64,000 nucleotides of DNA from Octopus sinensis (Eukaryota). Positions 1-11,619 of this stretch are shown piece by piece. How positions within the stretch are numbered: the stretch's first letter is position 1; every line of letters begins with the position of its first letter. Position numbers and translations under genes: made by a program. The notes under the pieces were generated by a model that had not been told where the DNA came from, made no database searches, and saw only the letters and a program-made list of their open reading frames with translations. Location: the NCBI RefSeq assembly GCF_006345805.1, contig NC_043005.1, positions 97,154,001-97,218,000 of the forward strand. Reading direction: 5' to 3'.

Positions 1-215
1 GGTCTCTCGCTCAACTGCGCCCCACACATAATAATCAAGGGGGTTGCAGTCTGTGGGGTTAGGTGGTCAAACGTTAAGGGTGATGTGTAGTATGGTACAG
101 AGTCCTGTTGCCAGACATAAGGTCTTCCAGAAGCCACCCTTCTCGCCTAGGACAGTACTAACTCCTCCAGGTATTTGGTGTAGCCCTCCGTGTTGAGTCT
201 GAAGCTGTGTGAGAA
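1..215 (-). mobile_element. Tc1/mariner-superfamily transposase remnant (maT/DD37D-like), runs off the window edge
   Basis: Manual minus-strand translation gives ...RVASGRPYVWQQDS... and, after a frameshift, ...*PPNPTDCNPLDYYVWGAVERET. These match the QQDxAP and WPPxSPDxNPLDY catalytic motifs; stops are present. Confidence 0.75.
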
Positions 216-979
216 GAAATGATTTTTATCACTCTCGTGTGTGTGTGTGTGTGGTGTGTGTGTGTGTGTCTATTTGTATGAATTCATGTCAATACATTTT
301 CTTTCGTTTACATTCCGCTTGGTTCTTCACCTCTGATCCTGAAATTTCCATTAAGAATTGATATCCGAAACGTAAATGTTTTTTCGTTTCTCTTTCTATT
401 CACCATCAACATAATAAAGCTCTTTACATTTTCTTTTCTTGTTCTCATGCAGTTAATTATTTCACATTCGATAACCATCCACACTCTCATGAATGAATGA
501 TTAGTGTAGCAACCACGAATTCAAGCGCTCGTGCTCTACTACCTTCTTGGACGAGCACCGAATCTGTTCGGAATATTTCCCATGAATACATAATTAAGTT
601 TATAAATATGAGAACTTCCACGAATTCCGCCTCTTGGTTGATCTCAGCTCTACTTGCCATGAAGGTGCAAGTACAATTTATGAGTTAAAGGTGATAGGCA
701 CACTATTTTGTTTTGTTATTTACATTGACCATTCTTGATTCATAGAATACTCGAGATAATGAGAGTACAATTAGTTTTTGTTCAATAAATCTGTTCTGGT
801 GACTTTCTAGCAACATAACCATCTTATACTCTTCAATAAAGATAAGGTTTATAAATACATATATAAATATGGATGTGTAAGTGTAACTATATATAGGTTT
901 ATGTGAGTGGATCCATATGCATGCATATACATATTCATATATATATATATATATAGGTGCCTTATACCATTTATCTACT

Positions 980-1010
<31 letters not shown>

Positions 1011-1028
1011 TATATATATATACATACA

Positions 1029-1059
<31 letters not shown>

Positions 1060-1081
1060 CACACACACACACATATATATA

Positions 1082-1124
<43 letters not shown>

Positions 1125-1687
1125 GTTTGTATATATATTGATTTACTTATTTGCGCGTGTGTGTGCATGCATATATATCACACTCTTTGAATATATAACT
1201 TCAGATACACTCAGACACATTCAGCTACACGAGCACATACAAATAGTACGAACTGGTTTCCAAATGCAGATACAGGAATCGCTATCTTAACCATTAAACT
1301 ATATAATACGCCCGTCATAACCATCACAGCTCAGAACATTCAGAAGTGACAGATATCAAAGACTTACTACACATGTATGCAGCTAACAAATGAAATTAAT
1401 TTTAGCTTATGCAGACGAGAGACGAGAAGAAAGCGAAAAGCGATCAAAAAGGCGAGGTGAATGCCTTCGTAACTACAGTTATAAATGAGTGACGACTTCT
1501 TTATGCCAATATCTGAGACTGCCATATGCATTGATGTTATAGCAACAGATCTTAACTCATAGAAGAAAATGATATGCCACTTATGCTAGAATCAGAACCG
1601 CTTATAATAGCAGCAAGACCAACAGCAGCAATGCCAGTAGCAAAACTAGCAGCAGTCACAATAATAAGAAGGATCAGAGACTTTTAA

Positions 1688-2190
1688 CACGCCGGGCGAA
1701 ATATTTAGCGGTATTTCGTCTGCCGCCACGTTCTGAGTTCAAATTCCGCCGAGGTCGACTTTGTCTTTCGTCCTTTCGGGGTCGATTAAATAAGTACCAG
1801 TTACGTACTGAGGTCGATATAATCGACTTAATCCGTTTGTCCCTTCTGTGTGTAGCCCTTTGTGGGCAGTAAAGAAACTGGTATTTCGTCTACCGTTATG
1901 TTCTGAGTTCTAATTCCGCCGAGGTCGACTTTGTCTTTCGTCCTTTCGGGGTCGATTAAATAAGTACCAGTTACGTACTGAGGTCGATATAATCGACTTA
2001 ATCCGTTTGTCCCTTCTGTGTGTAGCCCTTTGTGGGCAGTAAAGAAACTGGTATTTCGTCTACCGTTATGTTCTGAGTTCTAATTCCGCCGAGGTCGACT
2101 TTGCCTTTCATTCTTTCGGGGTCGACTTAACCCCTTTGTCTCTTCTTGTTTGTCCCCTCTATGTTTAGCCCCTTGTAGGCAATAAAGAAA
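1688..2190 (+). mobile_element. tRNA-derived SINE family B, tandem trimer (170-bp period)
   Basis: GTATTTCGTC recurs at 1711, 1881 and 2051. B-box-like GTTCAAATTCC is present. The central CTTTCRTCCTTTCGGGGTCGAT domain is shared with many other copies in the window. Confidence 0.8.
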
Positions 2191-2224
2191 TAAGAATAAT
2201 AACAATAACAAAAATATAGATGTC

Positions 2225-2450
2225 TGGAACTTCAAAAACTAGTCATTCACACGCTTGAATGCTGAGAAAACCCCGCGTACATATATTTGGGTACGTTTTT
2301 GAGTCATCATTTGACCACACTGTGAAAAAAAATAGCATGTGGCTAGAAAACCACATCTGGAAACTGGGGAACAATAACACGGCTTATAACATCAAATGGA
2401 GGGTCCACGAAAACAACACGTGAATTGATGAAAGGAAAACATCCTCTGTA
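2225..2450 (+). mobile_element. Possible decayed PLE endonuclease C-terminal remnant
   Basis: Translates to NHIWKLGNNNTAYNIKWRVHEN, resembling the HIWxLK...YxIKW tract at the end of some PLE GIY-YIG domains. Short and degenerate. Confidence 0.35.
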
Positions 2451-3064
2451 CATCAAAAGGAACGCACATACTCATAAAGTCTTAGAGACATGGCAGTTGT
2501 TTAAAATCCAGAACATAGATTTTCACCAAATATGTCCATTTAGACGCGTTTATACTCGCTAAATGCAAGATAATTACTATGCTAAGATGACGGTACCAAA
2601 GTTAACCAGGCCAGCTTTCCATTTTCCCATTAAACCTGCTCGATGCACATGCACAGTTCACGTATCTATACTTTGATAAATCTACAAAATCCTTACAAAC
2701 TAGACATATCAACAAACCACCTCCACTAGTTAGCAATCCACTTCGACATCCCAACCTCAATACACCTACTAACAATAAACGTGTAAATTCACACAGTATT
2801 ATCTTAGATATAATAAAACGCAAAATGACCTGTAGGCCACGCTAGACGGAGAGAAGAGTAACACAGCAAACGAAGTAGGAGTGAGTGTCAGTCAAAGGCG
2901 GTAAAGCAGGCGGACAGCATCGAAAAGTTGTTGTTCTAAAGACGCTAGTATTTTAATCAAAATAAAATTGACGAATTTTTATCGTAAATTGTATTTAGTC
3001 TATCAGTTTCTTATACACACACACACAAGCATACAGGCATACACACAACGATATATAAACACAC

Positions 3065-3214
3065 ACACATATATATATATATATATATGAAAATATGTAT
3101 TTCAAAATATTATTATTCGCATAACATACCCTATATATAAATGTTATATGGACGATAATTTATATATGTATGCGTATATATATACACTCACATATATATA
3201 TAGATATATATATG

Positions 3215-3293
<79 letters not shown>

Positions 3294-3400
3294 ATATATA
3301 TATATATGTTATATATATATGTATATATATATATATATGTGTGTGTAATATATGTATATAATATATGTGATATATATGTATATATGTATATATATGTATA

Positions 3401-3451
<51 letters not shown>

Positions 3452-3460
3452 ATATATATA
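3065..3460. repeat. (TA)n/(TG)n compound microsatellite
   Basis: Direct inspection. Confidence 0.9.
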
Positions 3461-3871
3461 TTATATAAAACTGAAATGCGTTTTTACCGCTTGGTTCGCT
3501 TTCAATGCCACTACATCCCGTCCGATTCGCTCCAAATTTACAGGGACATGTAGAATGAGGTGACGATGCGCGTGGGCTACCTTAGAAATCCCTATCTTAA
3601 AAGGTGTGGTTGCTAGGGGCCATCTTCCTACCTCACCCTTTTCCTCCAGTACTCTGTCACTCCTCTTCATTTGACAATGCAACTACCGTTATTTAATGTA
3701 AAGTCTTCCTCAAATCACTCTGTAGCTATTTACTCTCTTCCAAGAAAATTTTCACTCACTCTATCTCTTACCTTCCTATACATTTTACTCATGTATCTAT
3801 CAGCGTTCATGGACAGTAACAAATATTACATCGCCATCCCCATCGCCATCGCATTCTATTGTCTACCTGTC

Positions 3872-3913
<42 letters not shown>

Positions 3914-4311
3914 TATACATATATCTAATATTATATTTTTATTTTTATGTTTTTGTTTTTGGTTTTTTACTGTTTCATTTCCCTATTAGTGGTTTTATCT
4001 CTAATTTAATTTCTACAGCGTGCACACACACACACACACACCACCCACACACACACACACACACCCCTATATGTAGCCCCAGTACACCGAATGAAATCGG
4101 GTTCTCTTCATCAAAATGTGAAAAGGGGTCTACAATTATCATCGCCACAACTTATGTATGTCTTCCTCACTCACTCACTTTTTCCTAATGATAATTATCA
4201 TCGCCACCACCAACACCACCACCACAATCTGGACAATCTTTCTCTTATAACAAATCATGTTTACATTGCAACGACGTCTGCCACCTCCGCCGTCTCTATT
4301 TATTCTGCAAA

Positions 4312-4505
4312 TGACCAGAACTCGGGAAACTTAGTTTAGTGTTCTATGGTCTATGACCAGAACTCGGAAACTTGGTTGAGTGTTCTATGGTCTATGACCA
4401 GAACTCGGGAAACTTGCTTGACTGTTCTATGGTCTATGACCAGAAATCGGAAAACTTGGTTGAGTGTTCTATGGTCTATCACCAGAAATTGGGAAACTTA
4501 GTGAG
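4312..4505 (+). repeat. 42-bp minisatellite (~4.6 copies) inside H1 copy 1
   Basis: TGTTCTATGGTCTATGACCAGAA starts at 4340, 4381, 4423 and 4465. Confidence 0.9.
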
Positions 4506-5219
4506 TCCTCATCTTATAAAATGTGGCCCCAGTAGACCCAAATTAAATCGGGTTATATTAACCAAAGGTGAAAAGGGGTATAAATGGGGCTGGAAGGGGA
4601 TTAAAATTTAAAGAGCGGGTGTGTTTAGCAATTCTCTGTTACATCAAGCTAAAAATTTGCTCCAGCCTTTTAATCGTCAATGTTTTGCCGTCCATGATGA
4701 AGAAGTTTTGAATGCTTGCCATCGTGAGTCTACTGTCGTGAGAAAGAATCAAGTCAAAACTTGGTTTTTAGGGATTTTCTTTTACATCAAGTTCAAACTT
4801 TTACGCCAGCCGTTGAACTGTCAATACGTTGCTGTCCGTCGTTAAGAAATGCCAGCCATGCTGACTCTACTCTCCTCGAATTCTATCCCTTCAAACTTTG
4901 GTTTCCAATATTTTATTATTTTTATTCAGCTCGCAAGTTCGTCTGTCCCTTTTAAATGTTAGTGTTTTGCTGTCTGTCTTGAAGCAGACCTTTCCTTTGT
5001 AACTGCCTGATATTTATGATTGATCTTTCTAAATATTTTATTTCTCAACTTACTCAAGATCTTTTGTTGTTTATAAATGGGAGAGAGAGATACATAAAGA
5101 TAGAGAGTAGAGAAAGCGAGGGAGAGTCCGAGAGAAAGGAAGAGTAAAGAGTGGGAAAGTGAGAGAGAAGGAGAAAGAAACAAAGGGGGAGAATCATCAT
5201 CATCATCATCATCATCATA

Positions 5220-5525
5220 TCGTTTAACGTCCGTTTCCGTGCTAGCACGGGTTGGACAGCAGTTTGACGGGGTCTGGGAAGCCAGGAGGCTGCACCAGGC
5301 TCCAGTCTGATCTGGCAGTGTTTCGACAGGTGGATTGCCCTTCCTAACGCCAACCACTCTGTGAGCGTAGTGGGTGCTTTTTTCGTGCCGCCTGCACAGG
5401 TGCCAGGGGGGCTGGCAGCGGCCACGATCGGTTGGTGCTTTTTACGTGCCACCAGCACAGAAGCCAGTCAAGGCGGCGCTGCAATCCGCCACGTTCGGAT
5501 GGTGCTTTTTACGTGCTGAAAGGAA
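5220..5525 (+). mobile_element. SINE-like family D segment carried inside H1 (also at 6420-6720 and 59805-60110)
   Basis: CGTTTAACGTCCG...GGATGCCCTTCCTAACGCCAACC module next to (ATC)n. A related free copy lies at ~56560-56760. Absent from H1 copy 3. Confidence 0.55.
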
Positions 5526-5584
5526 GCAACAGAAAGTAACAACCACACTCTTACCCGCGCGTAGAGCGGGTCACCTTCAGCTAG

Positions 5585-6781
5585 TCTATATATAAAACTG
5601 AAATGCGTTTTTACCGCTTGGTTCGCTTTCAATGCCACTACATCCCGTCCGATTCGCTCCAAAATTTACAGGGACATGTAGAATGAGGTGACGATGCGCG
5701 TGGGCTACCTTAGAAATCCCTATCTTAAAAGGTGTGGTTGCTAGGGGCCATCTTCTTCACTCACACTATTTCCTTCTTTCCCTCTCTTACTCCCCTTCAT
5801 TTATAACGTTGACAATGTTTACTCCCGTTATTTAATGTATTCCCCTCAACTCCCTTTCACTTTGCCTTTATAAGGTCGTCAGGCGGCTTTCTTTGATGTA
5901 TCTGTTTGCATTCATAGGGATAATTATCATCGCCTCAATTTATGTATATGTCTTCCTCACTCACTCACTCTTTTTCCTAATGATAATTATCAAGTTCAAA
6001 ATTTTACGCCAGCCGTTAAACTGTCAAAACGTTGCTGTCCGTCGTTAAGAAATGCCAGCCATGGTGACTACTATCCTCAGATTCTATCCCTTCAAACTTT
6101 GGTTTCCAATATTTTATTATTTTTATTCAGCTCGCAAGTTCGTCTGTCCCTTTTAAATGTTAGTGTTTTGCTGTCTGCCTTGAAGCAGACCTTTCCGTTG
6201 TTACTGCCTGATATTTATGATTGATCTTTCTAAATATTTTATTTCTCAATTACTCAAGATCTTTTGTTGTTTATAAATGGGAGATGAGAGAGATACATAA
6301 AGATAGAGAGTAAGAGAAAGCGAGGGAGAGTCCGAGAGAAAAGAAAAGAAAAGTAAGAGAGTGGGAAAGTGAGAGAGAAAGGAGAGAGAAACAAATACGG
6401 AGAATCATCATCATCATCATCGTTTAACGTCCGTTTTCCATGCTAGCACGGGTTGGACAGTTTGACCAGGGTCTGGGAAGCCAGGAGGCTGCACCAGGCT
6501 CCAGTCTGATCTGGCAGTGTTTCTACAGGTGGATGCCCTTCCTAACGCCAACCACTCTGAGCGTAGTGGGTGCATTTTTCGTGCCGCCTGCACAGGTGCC
6601 AGGGGGGCTGGCAATGCCCACGATCGGTTGGTCCTTTTTACGTGTCACTGGCACAGAAGCCAGTCAAGGCGGCGCTGCAATCCGCCACGTTCGGATGGTA
6701 CTTTTTACGTGCTGAAAGGAAGCAACAGAAAGTAGTAACAACACACTCTTACCGCGCGTAGAGCGGGTCACCTTCAGCTAG
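5585..6781 (+). mobile_element. Helitron-like H1 copy 2 (internally deleted), head-to-tail with copy 1
   Basis: Junction CTAG|TCTATATATAAAACTG at 5584/5585. 3' hairpin plus CTAG at 6778-6781, followed by T. Confidence 0.85.
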
Positions 6782-6783
6782 TG

Positions 6784-6830
<47 letters not shown>

Positions 6831-7059
6831 ATATACATATATATGTATATTATATATATTATACTTACATTTTTTTCTTACTTCATTTTAGTCAATTCGT
6901 ATTATTGACCTTTCTGATACAAACTTTCTTTTCCCCAAGTAAAAGATAACATATTTTACTGATTTCATCGATTCGATCTAAAAAAGTAAACAAACTTACG
7001 TTCCCGCACACACATTCACGCACGTATACACACATATGTATGTGTATATAGATAGATAT

Positions 7060-7069
7060 ATATATATAT

Positions 7070-7133
<64 letters not shown>

Positions 7134-7138
7134 GTAGG

Positions 7139-7207
<69 letters not shown>

Positions 7208-7216
7208 GGATAGATG

Positions 7217-7304
<88 letters not shown>

Positions 7305-7305
7305 T
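7060..7305. repeat. (GATA)n microsatellite
   Basis: Direct inspection. Confidence 0.95.
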
Positions 7306-7369
7306 AAATGAATGGAAACAGTTAGATGCAATACGTTACCATAAAGGAAAAATTTAATAGTCACTAACT

Positions 7370-8096
7370 GTTACTAAGGGTGTCAAAGTACCAATATTGC
7401 TAGAAATAAGAGTTAAAGGCACTTAGTTAAAGACTCTTAGAAGTGCACAATATATATACACTGGCAGGGGAGATAACTGCCTAATGACTGCCTCTAGAAC
7501 TACTAGAGTAGACTACTTTCACCTGTTTCGTAGGCATAAGCAGCAGTAGGTACTCAAACGGTCGATAGCTTGGTTAAATCTATCTGCCAGTATATATATT
7601 TCGACCATAAAAGTTTATGGCTGATTTAGTGAAGTGCTAATGCGTATATAAAAGATTAATTTAAACAGCTAGGTGCAATACAATGCCATACAGGAAACAT
7701 TTAAGCATCAGTAAATATGACATGGGGGTGTCGAAGCAGCAATATCGCTAGGAAAAAGAGTTGAAGATTCTAAATGCTGTTAGAAGATCAGAATATATAT
7801 GCACTCACATGTGAGAGAACCGCCCCATGAATCACTAGACTAGACCAGTTTCACCTGTTTCGTAGGTATCATCAGTAGTGATACATAGTCGATGGTTTGG
7901 CTAAATCTATCTGCCGGTATACATATTTTTACCATAACAATTTATGGCTGATTTAGCGAAATATTAATGCGTATATTAAAAACTAATATAAACAGCTAGG
8001 CGCAACATAATCCCATAAAGGGTGGTTATCTCCCTTGTCATTGTATATATATTGCTATTTCTAGCAATACTGGTATTTCTACACCCTCAGTCACAT
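7370..8096 (-). mobile_element. Non-coding PLE-terminus-like element: two diverged 332-bp-period direct repeats inside inverted flanks
   Basis: TTTCACCTGTTTCGTAGG at 7517 and 7849. Inverted pairs 7452-7479/8022-8049 and ~7375-7408/8052-8093. Contains a hammerhead motif. Confidence 0.55.
7839..7879 (-). ncRNA. Type I hammerhead ribozyme candidate (canonical core, minimal stem II)
   Basis: Minus strand reads ACTA CTGATGA TACCTAC GAAAC AGGTGAAACTG GTC TAGT. Stem I ACTA/TAGT pairs, stem III has a bulged G, stem II is not closed. Confidence 0.55.
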
Positions 8097-8139
8097 TTAG
8101 TGATGATTAGATTATATATATAATATATATATACATATA

Positions 8140-8186
<47 letters not shown>

Positions 8187-8302
8187 ATATATATATAGTT
8201 ATCCGTAATAATGAAGGGTGAAATTAATTAATTTGGAATAATTATCAATTACACCAAGTAGTCTTCGGCATGTAAAAGCCTCATTCGAGGAAAATTTAAG
8301 TA

Positions 8303-8763
8303 ATACTAAGCAATAAAGGGTTTAGCAACGATTGCCTTACCACATACCGAATTTAGAAATAGCAGTCAAAGGTTATAGCTATTTCTTCTACTAAAAGGGA
8401 GATCTCAGTAAAAACAAATTGGAAGGCAGACACAAACAGGTAAGAGAGAATGAATTGACTGCAATCTATCATACATTTTTAAGTTATCTACGGACGTACG
8501 TTTCGAAATCAAGTTTTTAGGAAAGCATAAGAATTCTTATGCTTTCCTAAAAACTTGATTTCGAAACGTACGTCCGTAGATAACTTAAAAATGTATGATA
8601 GATTGCAGTCAATTCATTCTCTCTTACCTGTTTGTGTCTGCCTTCCAATTGCTGTTTTTACTGAGATCTCCCTTTTTAGTAGAAGAAATAGCTATAACCC
8701 TTTGCTGCTATTTCTAAATTCGGTATGTGGTAAGGCAATTCGTTGCTAACCCTTTATTGCTTA

Positions 8764-8767
<4 letters not shown>
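8303..8767. repeat. ~465-bp near-perfect palindrome with no spacer
   Basis: Centre GCATAAGAATTCTTATGC (GAATTC at 8531-8536). Arms match out to ATACTAAG/CTTAGTAT with only a few 1-2 nt indels. Confidence 0.95.
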
Positions 8768-8811
<44 letters not shown>

Positions 8812-8860
8812 TATAATAATATAATATATATATATATATGTATGTATGTATGTATATATA

Positions 8861-9202
8861 GGCGCAGGAGTGGCTGTGTGGTAAGTAACTTGCTTACCAA
8901 GTAAGTAACTTGCTTCCGGGTTCAGTCCCACTGCGTGGCATCTTAGGCAAGTGTCTTCTACTATAGCCTCGGACCGACCAAAGCCTTGTGAATGGATTTG
9001 GTAGACGGAAACTGTTTGTGTTTGTCCCCCTAGCATTGCTTGACAACCGATGCTGGTGTGTTTATGTCCCGTAACTTAGCGGTTCGGCAAAAGAGACTGA
9101 TAGAATAAGTCCCGGGGTCGAGTTGCTCGACTAAAGGCAGTGCTCCAGCATGGCCGCAGTCAACTGACGGAAACAAGTAAAAGAGTAAAAGAGTAAAAGA
9201 GT
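8861..9202 (+). mobile_element. tRNA-derived SINE family A with (AGTAAAAG)n tail
   Basis: GGCGCAGGAGTGGCTGTGTGGTAAG head, GGTTCAGTCCC B-box-like motif, GGCAAGTGTCTTCTACTATAGCC core; many copies in the window. Confidence 0.8.
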
Positions 9203-9267
9203 ATATATATATTGCTATTTCTAGCAATACTGGAATTTCTACACCCTCAGTCACATATATATATATA

Positions 9268-9670
9268 TACGTGGTGGTTTCCGGACTAGTTAAGTTTAAG
9301 AAAAACTAACTTATTTGCCTAATTTTTAACAACGCCTCCTTCGAAATAGTCACCTTGCGCAGTAATACACCGGTCCCAGCGTTCCTACAACTTTTGGAAT
9401 CTGGCATGGAAGTCGTGTTCTGTAAGCGAGTCGAGGACCTTCGTGATTTCCTCTGGATCTCGACAACGGTGTTAAAACGGTGACCTTTGAGCTGCATTTT
9501 CATCTTGGGGAAGAGATGGAAGTCCGCAACTTGCGAAGTAAACACATCTATGTCACTCGGCACATTGCCTCGTGAAGGTCACTGCTAACCCTCACTGCAC
9601 ATGCAAACGTGTGCTGCCATCTGTTGGGGCGCTACAGAACTAATCCGGGGACCTTTTGATACCGCATGTG
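9268..9670 (-). mobile_element. Internally deleted mariner with degenerate TIRs
   Basis: DFHLFPKMKMQLKGHRF plus frameshifted FQKLQERWDRCITAQGDYFEG. Termini related to TACGxGGTGGT...CCGGACTAGTT on both sides. Confidence 0.75.
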
Positions 9671-10559
9671 TCATGTGAATTATATTGTCAACTAAGATAT
9701 TACAACTGTATCTGATCCTTCAAGTGTATGTAAATATATTTACTAGATTATCAATGGTTTCTCTCATTGTGTTGATGCGACATTTTGTATCATTAACAAA
9801 ATTAAATGGGCATTTTTGTCGTCACGGGTATACTAGTATAATTATAACACATTATTACCTCTTGTTGAAAATTTCTTTACTCTGTTTAAACAGAATAACT
9901 GATGCTCCAAATGGTGCATCGTATCGTTTAAATACTACCATGTGGTGCCTGCGACCATCTTACGACCAGACATGAGAAATGCTGGAGAAAGTTGGTATCG
10001 GTTTGAGCAAGGCTAAGTGTTCTACTTTCTCATAGAAGGAAACATAATGTTGTCTGTCTCAAATTAGATACTGTATATAAAATATTTATAACCTAGATGT
10101 GATATGTGCTTTATTCTGTTGAACTTATCAACAAACATTACACCACACACACACACATATATATATACACACATATACATGTATATATATATATACATAC
10201 ATACATACATATAAACATACATACATTTATGTACACACACATATCACACTTGTACGAGTAAATGATGTTGGTGATGGTTGCTCATCATCTACCCTATCAT
10301 TATATATAAAAGGAATATGTTCACATTGCTAGACATACGTTATTCAATGAGCTTGGAGTGCATCTCTCTAATTCATTTCTACCTTTGTCTAGTTCCACTT
10401 CTTTCTTCCAGCTCAAACGTACTTATCAGAAACCAATGCCATTGAATTTTATCTTTTCAAAACATCTATAGAATTCTATTTTTGATAAGCACGTCCACAT
10501 TTCGCCACCACACCACCTAAAACCTTATTTCTCATTCATAAATTCCCATCCTCCTCTTC

Positions 10560-10812
10560 ATCATCATCATTATCTTCTCCTCCTCCTCCTCCTCCTCCTC
10601 CTTCTTCTTCTTCTTTTTCTTCTTCTCCTTCTTCTTCTTCTCCTCCTTCTTCTTCTTCTTCTTCTCCTCCTTCTTCTTCTCCTTCTCCTTCTCCTTCTTT
10701 TTCTTCTTCTTCTTCTTCTACTCCTCCTCCTCCTCCTCCTCCTTCATCTTCTTATTCTTCTTCTTCTTCTTCTTCTTCTTCTTCTTCTCTTCTTCTTCTT
10801 CTTCTTCTTCTT
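10560..10812. repeat. (CTT)n/(CCT)n polypyrimidine microsatellite
   Basis: Direct inspection. Confidence 0.9.
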
Positions 10813-11080
10813 TGTCTATATGTTCATACACACCAATTTATCTCCAATCGAAAATGATTTTTTTTCTTCTTTTCAATTCATTTTTCGTTATTTCAAATCT
10901 TTCTACTTTATAAACTGCGCCCCCATGCTGGAACAGTGCCTTGAAGGGTTCTTAGTCAAACAAACTGACCCGGGTACTAATTTCGTAAAACTCTTGTACG
11001 TACTATATCGGTCACTTGTGCCGTAGCGCTAGATAATGGCATATAAACAAACGGTGGAAAATGAGTACAACCACCCCCAC

Positions 11081-11181
<101 letters not shown>

Positions 11182-11281
11182 TTTATGTATTGGTTTATGT
11201 CTATCACTGTTTGAGTTGCATAATAGTGGTTTTATCTCTACTTCATATTTTATATTTAATATTTTAGATTTTAGATTTTAG

Positions 11282-11361
<80 letters not shown>

Positions 11362-11364
<3 letters not shown>

Positions 11365-11560
11365 GGCTTAGTGTTTAGGGTGTTGCACTCGCGATCTAGC
11401 GATCGTGATATCAATTCGTATATTGGGTGGTGCGTTGTGCTCTTAAGCAAAGCATTTAATCTCACATTGCTCTGCAATCACTTTGACACCTGACGTATGG
11501 TATACTGTGCACCTGTTCAGACAACGTCGATTTGATGGAGAGAGTGAGCTAATGCAAGGT
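11362..11560 (+). mobile_element. Decayed tRNA-head SINE
   Basis: TGGCTTAGTGTTTAGGG A-box-like head and CTTAAGCAAAGCATTTAATCTCACATTGCT core-like tract. Confidence 0.45.
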
Positions 11561-11619
11561 ACATACATATGACCACAATAAACAAATCATCTGTACAGGT
11601 TGTTCGGCAAAGGCAGGAG

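Larger units (their letters stand above)
3461..5584 (+). mobile_element. Non-autonomous Helitron-like element, family H1 copy 1
   Basis: 5' module TATATAAAACTGAAATGCG. 3' hairpin ACCCGC-GCGTAGA-GCGGGT followed by CTAG at 5581-5584. Shares modules with three other copies in the window. Confidence 0.8.

Noticed and set aside
1200-1310. Possible tRNA gene or SINE head on the minus strand
   Set aside because: Only loose A/B-box resemblance; no cloverleaf could be built.
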